Shown: one piece after another, positions 50,812 to 60,201 of the stretch
Numbering within the stretch: the stretch's first letter is position 1
How the letters are laid out: each line of letters opens with the position of its first letter
Source of the DNA: Isurus oxyrinchus
Taxonomy: Eukaryota
NCBI GenBank assembly: GCA_026770705.1
Contig: JANJGN010000026.1
Span: forward strand, 33,356,001-33,420,000
Direction: 5' to 3'
Length of the DNA stretch: 64,000 nt
Notes under the pieces: generated by a model
What the model saw: only the letters and a program-made list of their open reading frames with translations
What the model was told of the DNA's origin: nothing
Databases searched by the model: none
Position numbers and translations under genes: made by a program

Positions 50812-52779
50812 GCGGAGGGGGATTCAATGACTGTTGCGCATTGTGGTGAATCTCGGGTACATTTAGCCGCTCAACACACACACCAGGAGGAAACCAAATG
50901 AACCTCTGATCGAACTGTCACACAGCAGTTTTCTAAGAGACGTTAAGAGAATAAATCTGCATCTTCGCATCGGGCAGAGAGACACAGAAGGGAATCCTAT
51001 TGGGAGAGAGCCATTCACATCCCCACCCTCACTAACTTGCTGCCAGGTGAGAATGGTCGATGCTGAGCTGCATGTCAGTGAACTGGAATACCTTGAGATC
51101 GGCTGCACTCAATGGCCTGTTTGGAGTAATGGTTCTGGTGTTCGAGACGTGGGTGGAAATGGGAACGCCTGGCTAATCAACTGGACAGCAATGTTAATGG
51201 AGGAACAAATGTCCCAGCATTAGGAAGATGCCCTGAAGCACAATGGGCACTGAGGGCGGTCTATGCTTGGGTTTGTTTCAATGACCACAGTCACTAATTT
51301 GCAAGATCGTCAGACTGTGGAGAAACTGATTATGATCCAATAAGACACTTAGATTCATCATATCATGTGAACAGGCCTTGTTTCCCTAAAACTGTCAGGG
51401 GAGATGGAGATAGAGAAATAGCTGCTGACAGGGCAGGAAAAGATTTTTTTAAAAGACGTGGTGCATTTATGACATTCAACTTTGGTTTATATTGCAAGTC
51501 GAAATAAACAAATATAAATCCAGAATTAATTCTCACCTGCATTCAATGGGCACAATATGCATAAAGGGAGAAGGCTGCGTGTAAGGAGAGGAATTTCCAA
51601 GATCTAACAAGTGTGAAAATCCTTCAGCATCACACAACTCAGTGCTGCGCTGTTTACTGATATATCAGGCAGGTCTCCCTGACACTCGCTGTGGAGTTTG
51701 AATGACCCCTCCTCCTCATTGGTGTGAGGAAGCCCTCTAGTGGACATTGACCTCGGTGTGAGGTCTTTTTACGGGCTCCTGGAAGGCACGTTCACTATGT
51801 ATTTGTTATTCATTCGCGGGATGTGGGTGTCACTGGCTGGGCCAGCATTTATTGCCCATTCCTTGTTGCTCTTGAGAAGGTGGTGGTGAGCTGCCTTCTT
51901 GAACCGCTGCAGTCCATGTGGTGTAGGTATACCCACATTGCTGTTAGGAGGTAGGGCTGGGCGGAATTCAATGATTTTCACTGGCAGTTGAATATTTGCC
52001 TCGTTTTCAGGATAACCCCCAAACCCTCCCTTTTTTTCAAGTGCCACCCATGACATGTGCACCTAATCGAGCCAACTGGGTTCCTGCTTCCGCATCTCAA
52101 ATGGAAGAGGGAACCTCCAGGAGCGTCAAACCTCTTTCAGTAACGGGACTGGCAGCAGCGCCCTAAATTTTGAGCTCAAATCGCTGCAACAAGATTTAGA
52201 AACAGGCTCTACTGCCTCAGATGCCAGGGCCTTACCACTGAGGCAAATCTAAACCGCAGGATCTATGCTTTAGACCCGCTCCTGTTAATCACAGCGCATT
52301 CGAGGAGAGGCGTCGGCATAATGGTCTTGTAACTGGACTAACACCAGCGTGATGCTCTTTGTTCCCGGGTTCGACCCATGACACCTGATCAGGAAATTGG
52401 AATTCTAATGTTATCCTCATTCAATGGAAGTCTGCCGTAAAAAAGAGAATCTAATGCCACTTTAGGGAATGAAATCTGTCGTTCTGGCCTGCATGTGGTT
52501 CAGTTATAGGTCAGGATGCCCCTCAGATCAATTAGAGTTCCATCGGCTTTGTGTGCACATTTTATTTGGTTCTGATCAGCCGGTCACGGCCTTTATGTTT
52601 GGAGTCTATGAATTTAGCCCATGGAAGTGAGATCTGCCCACCCTCCCAGCTGTTTCTATTTGGTGTTCCGCAGGGAGCGACATCGGACCTATAGGAAAGT
52701 GACGCCAGTGCTTTTTGATTGGATATACTGCAACTCTCTGAGACACAGAGACGCCCCTGGGATTATGGAGCAGCAGCAA

Positions 52780-53807
52780 CGAGGCTCTCCGTTCTCGCTG
52801 TAGCCTGGGGGCATTCATTGTCGATAAGAGGATGAAACGTTTATAAAAAAGAATATTAATTTCTGGATGAATCAATGTGAAAAGCAGAGAGTTAATGTAA
52901 TCCTTTTACCGACCGATTGTTGGACCACATTTGCAGTATTACCAAAAGGAGATAGAAAATCAGGAGGAATAATTGGAGAGGATGGGGTTGTTCTTCCCAG
53001 TTAAGTCAGGACTGAGGGACAAGGTGGGAGAGATCTGTAAATGGCTGAAGGAGTTTGATGGGGTTGAAATGGAAAATCTTTCCACATGTCACAGATTATA
53101 AAGCTACGAGCCACAAATACAGGAGTGGGAAAAGTTATCCAAAGTGGGATTCAGGAGAAGGTTTATTCCCATGGAACGGTTAAAGTGTTGAATTCACCTT
53201 CACAAAGAGGGTTTCGGGTGAATAGTATCCCTAATATAATTGGACAGGTGCTGGGGGAATGAAGAGAAGGATATGTTGAGAGAGAAAATGAAGAGTGATG
53301 GAAGGTACTCCTGGTGATTGTAAACACCCACAGACACCAGTTGTGCCCAATAACCTTTTCTATCATCTGAATTATATCTACATCAATATAACACTGTCTG
53401 TGAACTATTGCTGTCAGTTCAGTTCAATTGAAGTAATACTCTCTGATTTCCTCTTCCTTTGACCGTGTGTTCCAGATCTGAGCGATGGAGATTCTGTTAC
53501 TCAGCGCGAATCCTCGCTCACACAGGCAGAGCGAGAAGATGTCGCTTTAACCTGCATCTTTACCGGCGATGGTTATTACTTATCCTGGTGCTGTCAATAC
53601 CCAGACAGACAGCCCGAATTTGCACTCCAGAGACACATGGGCGGTGATTCTGAATTTAAGGCGGATTTTGCTTAGAGCCGGTTTTCTGATACATTCCAGC
53701 AGACAGACAGATTGTACCGATTGACCTTCTCGGAGCTGCGGCTGTCTGACACCGCAGTATATTACTGTGCACTGAGTCTCATAGCGATTGTTCCTCGTTC
53801 AATAACT
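52780..53807 (+). pseudogene. TCR alpha/delta V pseudogene, paralog of 42823-43754
   Basis: Decayed leader (CTCCGTTCTCGCTGT...GTCG|ATAAGA); V exon from 53476 DLSDGDSVTQRESS with frameshifts and stops, ending LRLSDTAVYYCALS; CATAGCG-12-TCAATAACT. Confidence 0.9.
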
Positions 53808-54704
53808 GCTGCAGCTTTCTGGGTTACAGCTTCTCTCTGTTGAGGGCTGTTTATCACAGCGGGTCAGACACTGTCACGTGAATCCATTCCTACTAGCAAT
53901 AAAACAAGCACAAGAACAAGTACAACAAAAACTGCATCTGAAATCGGTCCCTTTGATTGCTGACCCTCTTCCTGATGATTGCATTAACGTTATGGGGGCT
54001 GAATTGGCTGCTCGCCATTCCCCATTTCCCAAAACTATCTCCAGACCCTTTCCTGGAACCGTTCTACTAGTTTAGCTTCAGAGGCAGTTCGTGGCAAACA
54101 GAAAAGGAATAATTGTTCTGAAACATCAGTCTGCAGTGGAAACAGCAGTACTCCAAGCTATAAGGGCGTAATAATTATATGAACCAGTAAATGTTCCTAA
54201 ATGTAAAAGAAATTTGGACATATTAAAACAGAGCATGTGTAATCTGAGCAGTTCCTGAAAGTGTGCTGCCATCTTGCGGGAGAAATCAGAATTGTCCCCG
54301 TCATTGTTTCCTTCAGTTCAGAGAACTGTTGTTCAGGAATTATCTTCCGAAGACACTCAAAGGGCACAAATCCCTAGGGCAATCCTCATAAGCACCATCT
54401 AATTACGTTCATGTTGAACAATGGCTCTCTCTTTGATGATTGCATGAACGGAATGAGGGCAGAATTGGCTGCTCCTTATTCCCATTAAGAAAACACACTC
54501 CCACCCGCTTTCCTGGTGCCAGTTCAGTTGGTTTCCCGCTTCTTCTGACATGGCTGCAATAATTGGTTGTTTCTACCGGCCTGCAGGGGAAGCAGAAGTC
54601 CGCCAGCTCGAGACGATTCGAATAATTTGATGAGCCTGTTTAAATGTCCCTCAGTGTTAAAGACTTTCGGACATATTGAAAAGAATTATCCGTTTCTGAG
54701 GTGT

Positions 54705-54721
54705 TGCTGCCACCTGGTGGA
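54705..54721 (-). promoter_or_regulatory. CTCF-like motif ~1.6 kb upstream of the NAR-type V leader
   Basis: TCCACCAGGTGGCAGCA on the minus strand. Confidence 0.7.
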
Positions 54722-55626
54722 AGCAATCAGAATGCCGCCGGCAATATTTTCTTCAATTCAGAGCGACTGCTTAGGAGTAATATTTCTAGGAGACTCAAAA
54801 GGTAAGTAAGATCGATTGTTGTAATTCTATATAGTGATATTACTATAGTTGCTGCACTAGGGTGTACCTCTTTTTATATCACATTACACTGAGTGGTCAG
54901 GATTGATTGTTGCCTGAATATACAATGTGTGAAGGCGTAAGTTTGGTGAGTGAGTGTGTTCAGTGAAGATACAAGTTAATTAATCAAAATAAATGTAATT
55001 CGCTCAATAAAGATGGCAGGAGAGGTGATGTGTCTCGGCTGCAGCATGTGTGAGCTACTGGCTTGCACTGCAATCCATGGCAACCACATAAGACCATAAG
55101 ACTTAGGAGCAGAAGTAGGCCATTCGGCCCATCGAGTCTAGGTCCGCCATTCAGTGAGATCATGGCTATTCTGATAATCCTCAACTCCACTTTCCTGTCT
55201 TTCCACTATCACCCATGATTCACTTACTTACTGTATTTCTCAACCTTGGATATATTTAACGACCTAGCCTCTTTGGTAAACAATTCCACAGATTGACGAC
55301 CCTCTGAGAGAATAGATTCCTCCTCATCTCTATTTTAAGTGGGGGGCCCCATTACTCTGCGATTATGCCCACCCCCACCCCCACCCCCACCCCCCCCCCC
55401 CCCCATCCCACGTCCTAGGAACCCCTGTGCCACTCTGCGTAACATCTGTCGCTTGTAAAATGCTAGAGTCAATTATTAAGGAAGTATTAACAACCTAACT
55501 AGTGTCTTACAAATGTTCAACATGACCTCATTACTCTTTTCCACAATGCCCCTATTAATAAAGCCTAAGATACTGTATGCTTTATTAACTGCTCTCTCAA
55601 CATGCTGTGCCATCTTCAATAGCTTA

Positions 55627-55631
<5 letters not shown>

Positions 55632-55691
<60 letters not shown>
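55632..55691. repeat. (TA)n microsatellite
   Basis: ~30 TA units. Confidence 0.98.
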
Positions 55692-55694
<3 letters not shown>

Positions 55695-56281
55695 AAGACA
55701 AGTGTTATTCGTGGGAGCGTTGCTGAGCTGGAAGTCAGTGAATAGAAGCAGCTCGAGCTGCGCTGCAGCCAGTGTCCTCATTGTGGGAATAGTTCAGCTG
55801 CTAGAGACCGGTGTTGGGCATAAGAGTCCGGTACGTTCATTAGGGACTGTCTCGATGTCCTGGGCCCACATCCCACCTTTAACAAACACCACCCAATACG
55901 AACTCATGCACCGACCTCCCGGTTCATCACTGTGGGGTAAGGAGGGCGGCAGCACAACTGGCAGAAAGAAAAGCTCCCTACCCCCAGCCCTGTACAACAG
56001 CGTATTGTGGGAGGGGATTTCACATCCGGATCACAATCCCAATGTAGAGTCAGAAAATTGCAGCCTCCTTTTATAAACCTGTCTCTTATTCACAAAACAT
56101 TTAGCCAGCGAGCCGAGAACCGTCCGGCCCATCAATGATCTCAGCTAAGCTGCCCTTTGTAAATCAACTCGATCCCCTAAGGTGTTTCAGTCCAGCCCTG
56201 AAGTCCGGTCTCCCAGGGCAGTCCAGGGCTGCAGTCTCCAGCTCCCCATCACATAAACCCCCAGCTCTAGGCAGCAGAGCG

Positions 56282-56749
56282 ATGGGAATCCTCTTTGTTT
56301 TCACCCTGTGTGTCTGTATACCCCGTGAGTACCGATCAAACAAACCGACATTGTGTGGGTTTAATATAAAGCTGCTCGAGTCCATCCCAATTACAGACAA
56401 TGTCTGCGGGTTTAACCCCGCTCCGTGGTTCGGCTCTGATGGTCCATTACACTCTCTCTGTTTAATTTCCAGGCTCTTTCAGTCAGTCAGTGACACAGAC
56501 CCCAGCAGCGGTGACCAGGAAGGAGTGTCAGTCTCTCATCATCACCTGTGTTTATTATGGTTATTATTATTTACAAAATGGACATTTCTTCAAACAAACC
56601 CAGACCGGGACAGAGTGGGAGAGGATCTCCAGCGGGGAGAGATTTGTTGTGTCGGTGAATAAAGCAGGAAAGACATTTTCGGGACGTGAGAGTTGAAGAC
56701 ACCGCCAACTATTACTGTAAAGCTCAGTACAGATACAACATTGGTTAAT
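56282..56749 (+). pseudogene. NAR-TCR V (IgNAR-like V) with leader; frameshifting deletion in FR3
   Basis: Leader MGILFVFTLCVCIP (56282-56324, GTGAGT). V exon from 56473 reads SFSQSVTQTPAAVTRKECQSLIITCVYYGYYYLQNGHFFKQTQTGTEWERISSGERFVVSVNKAGKTFS/RDVRVEDTANYYCKAQ. The short domain lacks CDR2, and the ERISxGxR..VNK..K.FS and VED...CKA motifs are VNAR-like; extra FR1 Cys. Confidence 0.88.
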
Positions 56750-56777
56750 CACAGAGGAAAAGGCCTGAACAAATAGC
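56750..56777 (+). other. 12-RSS 3' of the NAR-type V
   Basis: CACAGAG + GAAAAGGCCTGA (12) + ACAAATAGC. Confidence 0.7.
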
Positions 56778-57091
56778 TCTGTACAATTAAAATATATATT
56801 CTCCGGGCCCAGATAGTGAATTGTCGGGTTGATGTTATCATCGCTGGAATCTGATTACGTTTTATTGTAATTTCCACCATTCCATTATCTTTCTTTGATA
56901 TTTGTCTCGGTTTATATGAAGCGAACATCTCGTTCCCTGGACCAGTTACTCAGCGCTCAGGGCCTCACAAAGCACAGTGTGAGCCGGCAGACATTTTGAA
57001 ACATTGAATATTGTTTATTTTTTTCAATCCGCTGAATATATGGCAGTATCTAATGTCTGGTGATGATTTCCCGCCAGGTTGAGTTGTCGGT

Positions 57092-57130
57092 GGTTCTTGT
57101 GCCGGGGAGACTGAGAGCAGTGTTACTGTG
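57092..57130 (-). other. 23-RSS 5' of J
   Basis: GGTTCTTGT + 23 nt + TACTGTG (+ strand reading). Confidence 0.9.
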
Positions 57131-57183
57131 GTGGAAATATGATTCTGTGGATGGATCCGGTACGATGTTGACTGTCATAGCCG
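57131..57183 (+). CDS. NAR-TCR J segment
   Basis: WKYDSVDGSGTMLTVIA + G|GTAAGT; GxGT-xLTV motif; phase-1 donor matches the acceptor at 59798. Confidence 0.88.
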
Positions 57184-59798
57184 GTAAGTGACTCCAGCCA
57201 CCCTCCCCCTCACACCTGTTGCGGCCTGTCCTAGCTAATGTTCACCCGCTGCTTTTTATTGTGATCAGCGTCAGTTCAGTCCCACGAAAAGGAAAACAGA
57301 TGGTTTTCATAAGGAAACCTCTCTGTTGGCTTTTTCGATTTGGGGGCAGAATATTATTCAGGAGCCGGGTCGAATGTCTAGGTGAAACTATGTGTGAGAT
57401 CTGTCAGACTAGGCGGTCAACGGGATCAGGGTGGGTGGAGGATGGAGTGTGGGGACGTGAGGGAGGGGATTTTAAGTTTGGAGGAGCATGAGGGTTCGCT
57501 GCATCTGAACCATTATTAGTTTCACTGGTACATCGGGGGCCATCAATCCCTCTGATTCACAATCCTAATCATTTGTAAGTTTGGAATTGCTAACATTTAT
57601 CTCTTTTGAATGTAGATTTTTGAGATACTGGATTGCTTTAATTTATCTGTATCTGTGATTTCTGCAAATTAGAACAACACAGAGCAGTGGGAGAGTGAGG
57701 ATGATGCACTGAACTACTGGAAGGGAACAGGAACATAAGAGAACAATAATCATCGAAATCAAGAGAAAGGTTGGATGATTTCTGGGGGCCGTTCAAAATT
57801 CTTCCTGGCACGAGGGTGGGGGGTGAGGTTTATGGAGGGAAAGGCTGCAATGGGTCCAGTCTGGAATGCTAGGTAAACGCTTGGCCTCTTTGTTAGGGAA
57901 AGATCTAAATCCTTTGGAGTGAGTGCAACAAAGTTTCATCAGACTGATTGCTGAGATAAAGTCTTACGAGAAGAGATTGAGTTGTCTGGGTCTATTTTGC
58001 CCTGGGTTTCGAGGAATTGAGATGTAATCTCATTTGAAACATGTAATATGGAAGACAGGGCAGATTCCCGGTGGATGTTTCCCAAGGCTGGTAAGTCTAT
58101 AAATATGGGTCAAAGTTTCAGAATAAACATTCGGCCATTAGAACTCAGAAGAGGAGAAGTCAAACCATTGTTGTGAGTCTGTACCTCAGAGAGCTTTGGA
58201 TACTCAGTGCTGACTGTACTTAGGACGGTATTCGATAGATCTTTGGATACTAAAAGAATGAAGGGATATGGGGGCACTGCTGTAATGTGATTTTGAGGAT
58301 GGAGATCAGCGACGATGTTATTGAATGGCAGAGCAGGTTTGAAAGGTGCTATAGCGGCCTCTCCATCTCTTTGTTAGGTTCTCTGCTTTGATTTCTTACA
58401 TTCCTGAGAAATGCAATCAGCAACAATCCACGTCTCTCTAGAACGATTGAACAGGCTGGGCCACTTTTCACTGTAAAAGAGGAAACCGAGGAGATATCAG
58501 AGAAACCTTTTAATTATGAATGTGTTCAATCGGGTGGATGTGGAGCAACTGGTAATTTGTGGCTGAGTCCAGAGCAATAGGAGATTATTATAAGGTAGCC
58601 ACTAATTGAACATAAAAGGCATTAAGAAAAATACATTTGCATGAACACGTGTCAGAATGTGGAACTGGAGGTCACATGGAGTGGCTGGAGCAGAGAACAT
58701 TGATAGATTTATGGGAAGACTTCAAAATACAAGAGGAAGAGCGGAATAAACAGGCAGAAGGATGTGGACCGAACTGGTCATTTAGATTTCGGGCAGGAAG
58801 GGCTGGTTTGGAGTGTAAACATAGGCATCAATCAGTTAGGCCGAATGGCCTATTCCTCTTCTGCAGATTGTGTATAATATAAAACCTTCGAGAATACTCC
58901 GCTCAGAGAACCAGGGACAGAATCAGTCAATGAGCGGAAAGAATTGAAATTGTCAGAGAGCCGGAAGAGACAGCTCCCAGTGAGTAACAGGGAAACCACT
59001 GCGGAAACTGAACAGACTGATCCCAACCGACAACTGAGAGAGATTGGGACAAGTTCCCACGATTGCAAAAAGCGCAAACAGCACATTAACGTAAAATAAA
59101 GTGAGAGTAACTGTAAATATTTCAAATTAAAAGGACACGGAGAAATTTGGGCCTTCATGTTAGATGAATATAGAGAAACAGATCAAAAAGTTGATAGAAA
59201 CTCCCGAGCAGTGGTCCACTCCAGCAAATGATTAACCTTTGACCACCTATGTTCACTATCGGTTTGGCCCAATCAGTGCTGATGAATCTCATCAAGTTAT
59301 TATGGATCTTGCTTTGATGCTAAACAGTTCGGTTAGTCTCGGGCAATCATTTTGGAAACTGATTGCTTCGCTGATAATAAAATGTTCCTTCTGGAAAAAT
59401 AGAAACAGAAATGTAATATACATTACATGCTGCACTGCAGTTGAAATCCGGTCCATCCTGTCGGTGCTGCCCCTCTAAAAATGCAACCCAATTATCCCCA
59501 CTACTCTCTTTCCCCGTAGCCCTGTGTTTTTCCATGTTCCAACATTTATCCATTACTCGTTTGGAAAACACCCTTAACCAGTTTTACCGTCTGTTCAGAC
59601 AATGCATGCCAAATAGTAAGAACTCGCTCTGAAACACAAAATAACACCTCATCCTTTCACTGCTTCATACTTCAATAACAGTGAATGAAGTTAAAGCAGG
59701 TTATAAATTAAACAAACTCACCCAAAACCACAGCATCTACTGCGATTAACAAGTTTCCCAGTCTCTAAATAAATTAAGATCAAATTTTTCTCCTGCAG

Positions 59799-60104
59799 AT
59801 TCCAGTTCCATTGTATCCCAGAATCCGCCTGTCCAAACCTCTGCTGTGGGTGACACCGTTACTTTAAGCTGTGAGTATTCAGGTGTCTGTCAGTACACAG
59901 TACACTGGTACCGTCAGTCCCCAGGACAGGCTCCGGATTACTTGCTTCAGAGACATGCTTCAGGAGAAGAGGATAAAGAAAACACTGTTGGGGGGAGAAG
60001 TTCTGCTTCTATCGATCCTGCCGAGAAAATCAGCCGGTTAAATATCTCCAAACTACAACTGAGCGATTCCGCTGGGTATTGCTGTGCACTGAGTCAGCGC
60101 ACAG
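59799..60104 (+). CDS. TRDV: Leaderless supporting TCR-delta V, copy 2 (open frame; YYC>YCC)
   Basis: Near-identical to 1807-2112; lies 2.6 kb downstream of the NAR-type J with no leader in between. Confidence 0.9.
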
Positions 60105-60201
60105 CACAGTGATACAGAGCACGGAGGGTGCCATACAAAAACCTGAACATGGAGGGATTAGACACAGTGATAAAGAACAGGGAAAGAGCTGTACAAAACC
60201 T
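60105..60201 (+). other. Two tandem 23-RSS (60105-60143 and 60163-60201)
   Basis: CACAGTG-23-ACAAAAACC and CACAGTG-23-ACAAAACCT. Confidence 0.9.

Noticed and set aside
54732-54807. ATG...G|GTAAGT 70-nt exon-like stretch after a CTCF motif
   Set aside because: The peptide is neither a convincing leader, J nor GPCR exon 1, and no partner exon was found.
56909-57000. Functional D segment between the NAR V and J
   Set aside because: Only one good heptamer (56973); its nonamer and the upstream heptamer are poor. Kept only as a possibility within a finding.
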